Shown one piece after another: positions 38,080 to 47,484 of a stretch of DNA of 64,000 nt. The stretch's first letter is position 1; each line of letters begins with the position of its first letter. The stretch comes from an uncultured Thermoplasmatales archaeon (lineage in GTDB: Archaea > Thermoplasmatota > E2 > DHVEG-1). Both the position numbers and the translations under genes were made by a program. The notes under the pieces are model-generated. The model had not been told where the DNA came from, ran no database searches, and saw only the letters and a list, made by a program, of their open reading frames with translations. The DNA lies in contig CAZFFN010000040.1 of NCBI GenBank assembly GCA_964518165.1, positions 14,329-78,328 on the forward strand, read 5' to 3'.

Positions 38080-38705
38080 ATCTTATAGTGTAATAAAATT
38101 CCGGATCCAATCTTTTTACTATCAATTAGTCCTAAATCGATAGTTGAATCTAAATCTAAAATAAGTGAAGGTGTATTTTTTCCACCTATTAGAATAGATC
38201 CAACATAAACATAGATATTATCAACTAGTTTTTCTTTGATAAAACTAGTAATAACATGACTTCCACCTTCAACCATAATTTTTCTAATTCCTTTTTCATA
38301 CATTTTTTCTAAAAAGTATTCTAAATCAATATGATTGTTCTTTGTTTTACACTTAACTATTTCAACATTATCTAGATAACTCTTTTTACATTTTTCACCT
38401 GTTATAACAAAGGTCTTTGCTTTATTATTTGCAATCAAAGCATCAATTGGTGTTTTACAATAAGTGTCAAGTACTATTCTTATTGGTTGTTTTGGGTTTT
38501 TAACATATTTTTCTTTAACTGTAAGTTTTGGATCATCAGATAAAACTGTGTTTATACCAACCAAAACTGCATCAGACTCGTTTCTAAGTTCATACATTCT
38601 TTTTATATCCTCATCACAAGAAATGCGGATCTGTTTACCGGTTTGTGATGCAATTTTTCCATCTATGCTTATTGCACAGTTAATAAAAACATATGGTCTT
38701 TTCAT
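38076..38705 (-). CDS. RibD C-terminal-type pyrimidine reductase (DHFR fold)
   Basis: INCAISIDGKIA...VEGG pattern. Confidence 0.7.
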   Translation of the reverse strand: MKRPYVFINCAISIDGKIASQTGKQIRISCDEDIKRMYELRNESDAVLVGINTVLSDDPKLTVKEKYVKNPKQPIRIVLDTYCKTPIDALIANNKAKTFVITGEKCKKSYLDNVEIVKCKTKNNHIDLEYFLEKMYEKGIRKIMVEGGSHVITSFIKEKLVDNIYVYVGSILIGGKNTPSLILDLDSTIDLGLIDSKKIGSGILLHYKI

Positions 38706-38711
38706 AAATTA

Positions 38712-39380
38712 TCACTTTGGATAAAGTGGACAGTCTTTTTTGTTTTCCGGGCAATACCCTTTTGTTTTACATGTAGGCCCTGCATCTTTAAAAATAACTG
38801 GTGCTACTTTTTTTACTTCTTTTAGCATCTTATTTGCTAGTTTTCTTATCTCCCATTGTGCATGCATGCAAGTTCGAAGTTCAAAAAAATTCATTAGACT
38901 TCGTGCATTCATTGTGACTATTATATTAGTGCATGCTGCATTAGGAATTACAAATCTGCTATCTTCAGCGGGAACTCCTAAATCAAGGAGTTTGTTATAT
39001 TCTCTCCATATATTTTCCATTATTTTTTCATATGCTTTTTTCATTTCTTTGTCTTTGGAAATTTTAGGTGGAGTTACATAGTTTGGCTCTTTAAGATCTA
39101 CATATCTCTGGCTTTGCTGTGCATAACTTGCTATTCTATGTCTTACTAGTTGATGTGTTAAAACTCTACTAACATCACTTATTGCAAAAGTAAAACTAGT
39201 GTGTTCTATTACACTAGTGTGACCTGCATTTAAAACATATTTGAGTATTTCATTTAGTTCTTTATCTGATGATTTATCTAGATTTTCTGGTTTTGTTTTA
39301 CTATGCGTTAGTTTTGCGGCCATTGCAGGTATTTTTTCTGGATCCGGTGAATGGCCGATTAACTTTACATTCATTTGCAA
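38712..39380 (-). CDS. thyX: Flavin-dependent thymidylate synthase
   Basis: ThyX signature RHRIASYAQQSQRY (RHRx7SxR). Confidence 0.85.
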   Translation of the reverse strand: MQMNVKLIGHSPDPEKIPAMAAKLTHSKTKPENLDKSSDKELNEILKYVLNAGHTSVIEHTSFTFAISDVSRVLTHQLVRHRIASYAQQSQRYVDLKEPNYVTPPKISKDKEMKKAYEKIMENIWREYNKLLDLGVPAEDSRFVIPNAACTNIIVTMNARSLMNFFELRTCMHAQWEIRKLANKMLKEVKKVAPVIFKDAGPTCKTKGYCPENKKDCPLYPK

Positions 39381-39496
39381 CTCCCAATTTCAAACTTTGA
39401 AATACAATTTTCTCTTATTACGTTTGAGGTATTTTTCTATTAATCAAATAATTAACTAAATAAACCATAAAATATTAAAAAGCATTAGAATTACAG

Positions 39497-40072
39497 TTGG
39501 ACCAAAGATTATTGAAATTAGGGAGGAAAATGCATATGCTGGCATTTATATTAACAACTATCGTGTGTTTCATTACATACCTATTATTGACCCTAGGTTC
39601 AGCTAATGATGGATCTATGATGAATGTTTTTCTATGGAGTATTGAAGAACTAATCTTCGGAATTATTTTATCGGTTATTGTAGGTATTGTTGGAAGAAAA
39701 ATTTTTGTTAAAAAAGACTTTAGAATGGCAAATCCTGTTCGTTGGTTTACATTTCTTGGATACTTAATTGGACCGTTCTTTATTGCTCTAGCTAAAGCCA
39801 ACATTGATGTTGCAGTAAGAGTGATTACTGGTAAAATCAAACCAGGTATAGTTAAAATTGATCCTAAGTTAAAAACAGATTTAGGAATAGCTATGCTTGC
39901 TAATTCTATAACACTAACTCCAGGTACATTAACTGTTGATATTGATGAAAAGGACAATAACTTGTACATTCACTGGATTAATGTTAAAGATGAGGCTTTA
40001 AAAAAGACACCTGTTGATTGTAAATATATTTGTGCTAGTTTTCCAGAATGGATTAGGAGGGTTTCAGAATGA
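39497..40072 (+). CDS. Mrp antiporter subunit E / MbhA-like
   Basis: LANSITLTPGTLTVDIDE...LYIHWINV, the MnhE signature. Confidence 0.75.
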   Translation: MDQRLLKLGRKMHMLAFILTTIVCFITYLLLTLGSANDGSMMNVFLWSIEELIFGIILSVIVGIVGRKIFVKKDFRMANPVRWFTFLGYLIGPFFIALAKANIDVAVRVITGKIKPGIVKIDPKLKTDLGIAMLANSITLTPGTLTVDIDEKDNNLYIHWINVKDEALKKTPVDCKYICASFPEWIRRVSE

Positions 40073-40350
40073 TTGAAGTAACAGATCAAATGGTTCTTAC
40101 TTATCTTGGCATTTTAGCATTTTTATTTATACCTGTAATCTTAGCAATTATAAGAGTTGTAAAAGGGCCTACCGCTCCAGATAGAATAGTTGGACTTGAT
40201 ACAATTAACACTCTTGTGATTGTTTCAATGGTAATTTTTGGGGTTATATCTAGATCAGTGATTTATATTGATGTAGCAATTGTTTATGCTCTTCTTTCGT
40301 TTATTTCAACTCTGTTTATTGCAAAATATCTAGAGGGAGGTGACTTTTAG
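40069..40350 (+). CDS. Mrp subunit F / MbhB-like
   Basis: PTAPDRIVGLDTIN; ATGA overlap with the previous gene. Confidence 0.7.
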   Translation: MIEVTDQMVLTYLGILAFLFIPVILAIIRVVKGPTAPDRIVGLDTINTLVIVSMVIFGVISRSVIYIDVAIVYALLSFISTLFIAKYLEGGDF

Positions 40351-40752
40351 ATGATTTTTGAAATAATTATTTACATATTACTTGCTATTGGAGTATTTTT
40401 TAATATAATTGCAGGTATCGGCCTACTTCGCTTTCCTGATGTATATACCAGGCTTCATGCCGGCACAAAATGTACAACTTTTGGTTCGATTTTTATACTT
40501 GGGTCAGTGATACTTCTTGGCCTTAAAATGTGGTTCTTTGATTCAGTTGCTGACGGTGGATCACTTGCTTTTCACACAGGTATTGCTCTAGTTGCAATAC
40601 TTCTTACAAATCCTACTGGTGCACACGCCTTAGCTCGTGCGGCACATAGAAGTGGAGTTAAACCTGCTCATGCAGTAGTTGATCAACTAGAAAAAACACC
40701 TAAGAAAGAGAAAACAACTAAAAAACCTAAAACAAAAAAGGAGGAAAAATAA
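40351..40752 (+). CDS. Mrp subunit G / MbhC-like
   Basis: GIGLLRFPDVYTRLHAGTK. Confidence 0.75.
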   Translation: MIFEIIIYILLAIGVFFNIIAGIGLLRFPDVYTRLHAGTKCTTFGSIFILGSVILLGLKMWFFDSVADGGSLAFHTGIALVAILLTNPTGAHALARAAHRSGVKPAHAVVDQLEKTPKKEKTTKKPKTKKEEK

Positions 40753-40753
40753 A

Positions 40754-41017
40754 ATGGTAGTTGAAACTCTTACAACAATTATTCATATAGCCCTACCTGT
40801 ATTGATTTTGATCTCATCAGTTTTTGCAGTCTGGCTTAAAGACCTTATTGCTGCTGCAATTGCAGTTGCTGCTATGAGCCTGCTTTTATCACTTGAGTTT
40901 TATATCTTGCAAGCACCTGATGTCGCTATTGCTGAAGCAGGTGTTGGAGCGTGTCTTACGACAATAATATTAGTTCTTGGAATTAAAAACACAAAAAGAA
41001 TAGAGGAGGAAAACTGA
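40754..41017 (+). CDS. MnhB-domain (DUF4040) protein / MbhD-like
   Basis: [17 protein letters not shown]. Confidence 0.6.
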   Translation: MVVETLTTIIHIALPVLILISSVFAVWLKDLIAAAIAVAAMSLLLSLEFYILQAPDVAIAEAGVGACLTTIILVLGIKNTKRIEEEN

Positions 41018-41018
41018 T

Positions 41019-41291
41019 ATGGATAAAAGAAACTTGGTTGCTGTAATATTTTTTGCAGTAATAGGCGTTTTTCTAGTATTTGCTGCAATGAGTAATCATC
41101 CATTTGGTGAACCTGAAAATCCAGAGATGGATCAGCATATTATTGATAACACTCAAGAAGAAACCGGTGCAAATAATGGTGTAACAGCTGTTGTATTTGA
41201 CTACAGAGGTTTTGATACACTAGGTGAAGCAACAGTTCTATTTACTGCTGTTGCAGGTATAGTTCTTGCTTTTAGGAGGTTTCATAAATGA
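41019..41291 (+). CDS. MnhB-related small subunit / MbhE-like
   Basis: [20 protein letters not shown]. Confidence 0.6.
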   Translation: MDKRNLVAVIFFAVIGVFLVFAAMSNHPFGEPENPEMDQHIIDNTQEETGANNGVTAVVFDYRGFDTLGEATVLFTAVAGIVLAFRRFHK

Positions 41292-41770
41292 GCGGAGGAA
41301 TGAGTAAAATTGTTAAAACTGTTGCAGGTATTGCCTTTCCTTTTGTAACAATATACGGTCTTTATGTAATAGCACATGGTCACTTAACACCCGGCGGTGG
41401 TTTTCAGGGTGGTGCAATAGTTGCATCTGGTGCAGCTATGATACTAGTTGCATATGGTTCAGTTTGGACTATGAAAAAGGTTAAAGAAAAACATCTGTCA
41501 GGGCTAGAGAGCACTGGAGCTATTGTATTTATCGGAACAGCGATTATCGGTCTGCTTGCAGCGGGTGTTTTTTTCAATAATTTCCTATTTGATAGTAACC
41601 TATTTTTTAATGTAGTTCCCGATAAAGGTTCAACTGTTGGCATTTTAAACTCAGCTGGAACCCTACCTGTTATGAACCTTGCAGTTGGATTGAAGGTTAT
41701 TGCAGGTCTATTTGCAATAGTTCTAGTTATGGCTTATGCAACTACTAAAATGGGGGAAGATAAAAAATGA
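41288..41770 (+). CDS. Mrp subunit B C-terminal domain / MbhF-like
   Basis: [13 protein letters not shown]. Confidence 0.7.
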   Translation: MSGGMSKIVKTVAGIAFPFVTIYGLYVIAHGHLTPGGGFQGGAIVASGAAMILVAYGSVWTMKKVKEKHLSGLESTGAIVFIGTAIIGLLAAGVFFNNFLFDSNLFFNVVPDKGSTVGILNSAGTLPVMNLAVGLKVIAGLFAIVLVMAYATTKMGEDKK

Positions 41771-42120
41771 TTGGAAATGCTTTCTATATTCCATACATTG
41801 CAGTAGTTGGACTTATTTTAGTAGGATTATATGCAGTTGTCTTTAAACGTAACTTAATAAAAATTGTAATTGGTATTACTCTTATTCAAAGTGGTGTAAA
41901 CCTATTTTTGATAACACTTAGTTACAGGCAGGACAGTGTAGCACCAATCTATACTAGTGCTCCAACTAGAATAATGAGTCTTCCAGTCCCGCAAGCATTA
42001 ACTCTTACTAGTATTGTCATTGGTGTAGCAGTTTTAGCTCTAATGGTTTCTTTTGTAATTCACATCTATAAACAGTTTGGAACACTTGACGCTAGAAAAA
42101 TAAGAGGTGATGAAGAATGA
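41767..42120 (+). CDS. Mrp subunit C (NuoK-like) / MbhG-like
   Basis: 3-TM, NuoK-like. Confidence 0.7.
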   Translation: MIGNAFYIPYIAVVGLILVGLYAVVFKRNLIKIVIGITLIQSGVNLFLITLSYRQDSVAPIYTSAPTRIMSLPVPQALTLTSIVIGVAVLALMVSFVIHIYKQFGTLDARKIRGDEE

Positions 42121-43733
42121 ATGAAGTTTTTGATTACCTTTTAAATCATTCCCCCGCCTTAATTATAGCGGTTCCACTTTTAGGTGCTTTTTTAACACCG
42201 TTAGTTAGTATGATTAACTCTAAAATTAGAGATGGTTTTGTTGTATTTATTACCCTTCTTACAGGATTTTTTGGATTTATACTTGCAAATGATGTTTTAG
42301 TAAATGAAAAAATTAGAACATATTGTTTTGGTGCAACAAATCCTAATACAAGTCCAGTTGTGAGAATCTTTTTTGAAGTTGACGGGTTTAGTGCTTTTAT
42401 GGCACTAATTGCAGTAATCCTTCCGATTGTTGCAGTAGTTTATTCACTAAAGTTTATGAAAGAAGAAACTGGTCTAGATAAGTATTACACTTTGATTCTT
42501 CTTATGACAGTTGGAATGCTTGGTATGGTTCTAACTGGAGACTTGTTTAACTTCTTTGTCTTTTTAGAAATAACATCTATTGCATCAGCAGCTTTAATTG
42601 CATTTTGGAATCATAAGAAAAACTCGATACAAGCTGCATTCAAATATATTGTAATAAGTAGTATCGGAGCGCTTATGGTTTTATTTGCTGTAGCTCTATT
42701 TTATGGGCAATATAATGCATTAAACATGGCGGTTATTGCTAATAACATAAGTCTTGGTCTTCTTGATAAAATAGCTTTTGCTCTGCTTATATCAGCACTA
42801 GCTCTAAAAGCTGCTATTGCTCCTATGCATATGTGGCTTTCTGATGCATATAGTGGTGCTCCATCATCAGCAACCGTTGTAATTGTTGGAACAACTCTTG
42901 CTAGTTTATATGCTATTTTCAGAGTTACCTTTACTATCTATGGAAAACAGATGTTGAATGTTTTAAAAACGGTTGGTGCTGTAGAAATTACTCCAAGTCT
43001 ATTGATCGGAGTGTTTATGATAATACTTGCAATTGTTACAATTCTCATTGGCGTTTTTATGGCTCTTAGATCAAATGATTTCAAACGCATGATTGCTTAT
43101 GCAGCAGTTGCTGAAATAGGCTACATGCTTATTGCTGTTGGAACTGCTATTACTACATTTTTTAGTAACGATGGTGGAGCAACTATGGCACTATCTGAGT
43201 CTGGAAGATGGGCTCTTACTGGTGGAGTATTTCACATTTTTAATGATGCACTTGACATTGGCTTGTTATTTTTAGTTGCTGGAGCAGTGTACTATGCAAC
43301 AAAAGAAACATCAATCAATAAATTAGGTGGTCTTTCACGTAAAATGAAGTATACTACAGTCTTTTTCTTAATAGGTCTATTTGCTGCATCTGGATTGCCG
43401 CCACTTAATGGTTTTGCATCAAAACTAATTATATATCAATCAACTTATCAGATAAACCCAATTATTGCAATTGTTGCAATTTTAGCAAGTATTATGCTTC
43501 TTGCAGTGTTTGTAAAAGTATTCTATGCAGTATTTTTAGGTCCAAAACTTCCAATGCTAGAAAAAGTAAACGAGGTTCCAAAAACGATGCTAGTTTCAAT
43601 GGGGATAGTTGCATTTTTGATAATACTCTTTGGTTTGTTTCCGGATCTTGTTATAAATAATATCGTGGAACCCGCGGTTAATGCTCTGACTAATCCTGAT
43701 GGATATATTAGTGCAATACTTGGAGGTGCCTAA
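42117..43733 (+). CDS. Mrp subunit D (NuoL/M/N-like antiporter subunit) / MbhH-like
   Basis: 538-aa polytopic protein with antiporter-like repeats. Confidence 0.8.
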   Translation: MNEVFDYLLNHSPALIIAVPLLGAFLTPLVSMINSKIRDGFVVFITLLTGFFGFILANDVLVNEKIRTYCFGATNPNTSPVVRIFFEVDGFSAFMALIAVILPIVAVVYSLKFMKEETGLDKYYTLILLMTVGMLGMVLTGDLFNFFVFLEITSIASAALIAFWNHKKNSIQAAFKYIVISSIGALMVLFAVALFYGQYNALNMAVIANNISLGLLDKIAFALLISALALKAAIAPMHMWLSDAYSGAPSSATVVIVGTTLASLYAIFRVTFTIYGKQMLNVLKTVGAVEITPSLLIGVFMIILAIVTILIGVFMALRSNDFKRMIAYAAVAEIGYMLIAVGTAITTFFSNDGGATMALSESGRWALTGGVFHIFNDALDIGLLFLVAGAVYYATKETSINKLGGLSRKMKYTTVFFLIGLFAASGLPPLNGFASKLIIYQSTYQINPIIAIVAILASIMLLAVFVKVFYAVFLGPKLPMLEKVNEVPKTMLVSMGIVAFLIILFGLFPDLVINNIVEPAVNALTNPDGYISAILGGA

Positions 43734-44094
43734 AATGCTAGGATTTATAAATGATTTTGTAAAAACTCTTGATACAGGTAATGGTTTCTGGAATCCACTT
43801 ATACTATTAACGATACTTGTAATTGCATTTTTAATAATCTATATTATTAGAGGTTTTGGAAATAAAAACTATAAAAAAGGTACAGATCAAACCCAGGCCT
43901 TTTTATCAGGTAACAAAGAATATCCAATAGAACAAATGCATGTTAAGGGAAACAATGTATACTGGGGTTTTACTGAGTCGCTTAAATGGTTCTATAATGT
44001 TTTAGAAAAAATGCATAACGGATGTGTTAATGATTACATACTTTGGTTTGTAATAATCATGGGCGTTTTATTCTTAATCTTCGGGGTGATCTAA
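43699..44094 (+). CDS. Small 2-TM protein, MbhI-like; the start is probably the internal MLGF
   Basis: Position and size match MbhI in Mbh clusters. Confidence 0.4.
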   Translation: MDILVQYLEVPKMLGFINDFVKTLDTGNGFWNPLILLTILVIAFLIIYIIRGFGNKNYKKGTDQTQAFLSGNKEYPIEQMHVKGNNVYWGFTESLKWFYNVLEKMHNGCVNDYILWFVIIMGVLFLIFGVI

Positions 44095-44095
44095 A

Positions 44096-45169
44096 ATGAA
44101 TTTTCAAGATATATTATTACCATTGATTTCAATTATTTTTGGAACAATAGTTCTAGCAGGTTTTGGAATATTCTTCGGACTTTTGTATAAAGGTATAGAT
44201 AGAAAGATCTCAGCTCATATGCAAGGACGAATCGGTCCACCAATAGTTCAGCCTTTTAGAGATATTAGAAAGCTATTTACTAAAGAAAACATAGTTCCTG
44301 AAAACGCAATTGCTTGGATTTTTAACCTTGCACCAGTTGTAGGATTAATTGCATCTATTGCACTTCTATTATATTTACCAGTAGGAGGATTTGATCCACT
44401 TGCTGGTGGTTTAGTTGGAAATAGCCCATATGGAGATTTGATTCTAGTCCTATACTTACTTATCATTCCATCTTTAGCAATGGTAATAGGTGGTTTTGCA
44501 AGTGGTAGTCCATATTCAACAGTTGGTGCACAAAGAGAGATGGCTACAATGATTGCTTATGAGTTTCCATTAGCAATAATTATTATTACATTTGCATGGC
44601 TTTTAGGAAGCCCTACTGTTGGAGAAAGTCTACCACATGTCTTTAGTATTTCAACTATAACAGCAAATCCTATCTGGCTTTCTGTTGGAGTTTTAGGTTT
44701 TGCTGGAGCGGCGATACTTCTATTTGTATTAATGCTAGTAACTCCAGCTGAACTATCAAAGATTCCATTTGATTCACCTGAAGCTGAAACTGAAATCGCA
44801 GGTGGTCTATTTACTGAATACAGTGGTAGAAACCTAGGTATGTTCTATATGGCAGATGGTGTAAAAACTATTGTTATGGCAACACTAGTAATAGCATTGT
44901 TTTTCCCATGGAATTTATCACCTATACTTGGTATAGATGGATTTCTAGCAATGGGTATTGACATAGTATTTTACTTGTTGAAAGTATTTCTAGTAATACT
45001 ATTCTCTGTAACACTTATTAGAGTTGCAATCGCTAGATTAAAAATCGACCAGATAGTATATACTTACTGGGTATGGTTTACTCTAATGGCATTAGTAGGA
45101 CTAATTCTTATTATGTGGGACAGACAATTCGGACTTCAAACAATAGGAACTATGATAGGATTATCATAA
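44096..45169 (+). CDS. NuoH/MbhM-like membrane subunit (complex I subunit 1 family)
   Basis: RKISAHMQGRIGPP... NuoH N-terminal signature. Confidence 0.75.
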   Translation: MNFQDILLPLISIIFGTIVLAGFGIFFGLLYKGIDRKISAHMQGRIGPPIVQPFRDIRKLFTKENIVPENAIAWIFNLAPVVGLIASIALLLYLPVGGFDPLAGGLVGNSPYGDLILVLYLLIIPSLAMVIGGFASGSPYSTVGAQREMATMIAYEFPLAIIIITFAWLLGSPTVGESLPHVFSISTITANPIWLSVGVLGFAGAAILLFVLMLVTPAELSKIPFDSPEAETEIAGGLFTEYSGRNLGMFYMADGVKTIVMATLVIALFFPWNLSPILGIDGFLAMGIDIVFYLLKVFLVILFSVTLIRVAIARLKIDQIVYTYWVWFTLMALVGLILIMWDRQFGLQTIGTMIGLS

Positions 45170-45190
45170 TCCTATTAAACATTTTTTTAT

Positions 45191-46150
45191 ATGGAAAAAA
45201 CAGCAGATATGAAAAAAAACACTGAGGTTAATTTAGATATTTCATTTCTATTTCTTGTTCTACCAGTTTTATTTTTAGTAATTGGTTATTTTGTTTATCC
45301 TTATCCCTCTGAGAATCTTCAAACAATCATCCAAATACCATTGTTTATTGGTTTAATTCTTTTATTTGCTGGTTTTATTCTAAAAAATAAAATTTATTCA
45401 CAGTTGTTAAAGATATCTGGTTGGACAGTTTTTGCTTTTTATTGGGCCGCCCAACCCGCTCATCTTTATTTTAGTGAAGGTGGAGATGTTGTAAATGCTG
45501 TGATATGTATTCTTGGTATATTTGTTCTAATGTATATTGCATATCATGAGTGGTTATCTCTTAAAAGAGATGAAACTGTAAGTTGTCTGAACTGGATTGC
45601 TGGTGCTTCAGCAATAGCAGGCATTATCTATTTTGGAATTGAAAAAAGTCCCCTTGCAGTATCTCTTATTTATGAAGTAGCAAAACAGAGTGCTTTTGTT
45701 TTAGATCTATTAATTGGTAATGTTACAGTGGGCGATCCTGGTATTTATGGTACACCCATTTATTACAATGGAGAATATGCAGTTACAATTATATTTGCTT
45801 GTACTGCAATTCAATCTTTTGTAATATTTGTTGGAATGATTGGTGCTCTACCAAAAATTGATATGAAGAGAAGGATCCTCGGTTTATTAATCACGATTTT
45901 ACCTGTTTATTTTTTAAACCTTTTAAGAAATGCTATGGTTGCATTTCTAACTGTTAAAAATATTACTGATTTTAATATTGCACATAACTATATAGCCAAA
46001 GGCGGGTCTCTTGTTGCATTAATTGTATTACTTTTAATAGTTGTAAAAATAATTCCTGAAATTTTAGATGAAATATATTGTTTAGTTGATCTGCATAAAA
46101 GAGATGGACCATTGGAAAAGTTTTTTAAGAAAATAATTGGTAAAAAATAA
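45191..46150 (+). CDS. Archaeosortase/exosortase-family transpeptidase
   Basis: Polytopic protein with a Cys in IIFACTAIQSF, Arg in LNLLRNAMV and a downstream HN..G motif, matching the conserved exosortase triad positions. Confidence 0.55.
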   Translation: MEKTADMKKNTEVNLDISFLFLVLPVLFLVIGYFVYPYPSENLQTIIQIPLFIGLILLFAGFILKNKIYSQLLKISGWTVFAFYWAAQPAHLYFSEGGDVVNAVICILGIFVLMYIAYHEWLSLKRDETVSCLNWIAGASAIAGIIYFGIEKSPLAVSLIYEVAKQSAFVLDLLIGNVTVGDPGIYGTPIYYNGEYAVTIIFACTAIQSFVIFVGMIGALPKIDMKRRILGLLITILPVYFLNLLRNAMVAFLTVKNITDFNIAHNYIAKGGSLVALIVLLLIVVKIIPEILDEIYCLVDLHKRDGPLEKFFKKIIGKK

Positions 46151-46180
46151 ATAGAATTAACTTTAAAGAGGCGGACTAAT

Positions 46181-46894
46181 TTGGAAAAATCAATGCTTAA
46201 AAATCTATCATTAGCTGATTTTTTAAGTATAACAAATGCTCTCTTTGGTTTTTTTTCAATAATTATTCTTTTCACAAGTTTGATAGATAGCATTGATTTG
46301 AAAATACATCTCTCTTTTAGTTTTATTTTACTAGGGCTTCTCGCTGACGGACTAGATGGTGTTGTTGCAAGGAGATTTGGTAAAAGTAATATTGGTGAAT
46401 ATCTAGAAGCTATGGCCGATGTAACAACACTTGTTGTTGCACCTTCTATTTTTGTTTACTTTTCTTATCTAGATCTAGTGACATTTAATATTTCAAGGCA
46501 TATCTATCTATTATTTGCAATTCTACTCTTTGTCTTCTTTGGTTTTGTAAGACTTGCCTCGTTTAGCTTAATGAAAGAAAAAAAACTGTTTGTTGGTCTT
46601 CCTGCATCTGTGAGTACAATTATTATCTTAGTTCTTTCTTATGTTAAAATCGAGTTTGTTTTAATTTTACCAGTTGTAATTATTATTGGTGCAGCTATGG
46701 CTTCAAACATTACTTTTCCAAAACCAAAAAAGTATATAAACGCCATTGCAGCAGTTTTAATATTTATTAGTATCTTTTTTGGATATTTTTTTAGCTTTTT
46801 AACTATTTTTCTTCTTATAGGTGTCTGTATTTATTCATTTATTGGCCCTTTTTTAAAAGAAATTTTTACAAAAGAACAACGAAAAGGTTTCTAA
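46181..46894 (+). CDS. CDP-alcohol phosphatidyltransferase (PssA-like archaetidylserine synthase family)
   Basis: DGLDGVVARRFGKSNIGEYLEAMAD is a near-match to D-G-x2-A-R-x8-G-x3-D-x3-D. Confidence 0.6.
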   Translation: MEKSMLKNLSLADFLSITNALFGFFSIIILFTSLIDSIDLKIHLSFSFILLGLLADGLDGVVARRFGKSNIGEYLEAMADVTTLVVAPSIFVYFSYLDLVTFNISRHIYLLFAILLFVFFGFVRLASFSLMKEKKLFVGLPASVSTIIILVLSYVKIEFVLILPVVIIIGAAMASNITFPKPKKYINAIAAVLIFISIFFGYFFSFLTIFLLIGVCIYSFIGPFLKEIFTKEQRKGF

Positions 46895-46921
46895 ACAACA
46901 AATGCATTACATGTCGCTGTT

Positions 46922-47482
46922 ATGGATGATATCCCCAAGATTGGTATAACCGGAATGCCCGGTGTTGGAAAAACTACTACTCTTAGAAAGATCATTAAAT
47001 CTCTTGAAGATCATGGTTATATAGTAGCAGGTATAATCACTGAACCAGTACTTAAGAAAAAACAGAGAGTAGGTTTTTATGTAAAAGACTGGACAACTGG
47101 TGAAAAAGAAGTTTTTGCACATAAAGATTTTGAATTCAGAGAAAGCGTTGGAGACTATGGTGTTGATATTGAAGCACTTGAAAAAATAGCTCTTCCATCT
47201 ATTGAAAAAGCAATTACAGATGATAATGTAAACATAATTATAATAGATGAAATCGGTAAAATGGAGATGCTATCTGAAAACTTCTGCGACATGGTAATTG
47301 AAGCACTTGATTCAGACAAACCGATTATGGTTACACTTCATAAAAAATCACGTACACCGCTCTTACAAGACGTTAGAAGAAGAGATGATATGAGAATACT
47401 TGAAGTAACACCTGTGAATAGAAATCTTTTACCATATAAAATCGAAAAAATAATGGAAGAAAAATTACCTCCTCTGTTCTAA
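46922..47482 (+). CDS. THEP1-family nucleoside triphosphatase
   Basis: IGITGMPGVGKTT and a DEIGKME Walker B. Confidence 0.75.
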   Translation: MDDIPKIGITGMPGVGKTTTLRKIIKSLEDHGYIVAGIITEPVLKKKQRVGFYVKDWTTGEKEVFAHKDFEFRESVGDYGVDIEALEKIALPSIEKAITDDNVNIIIIDEIGKMEMLSENFCDMVIEALDSDKPIMVTLHKKSRTPLLQDVRRRDDMRILEVTPVNRNLLPYKIEKIMEEKLPPLF

Positions 47483-47484
47483 AT

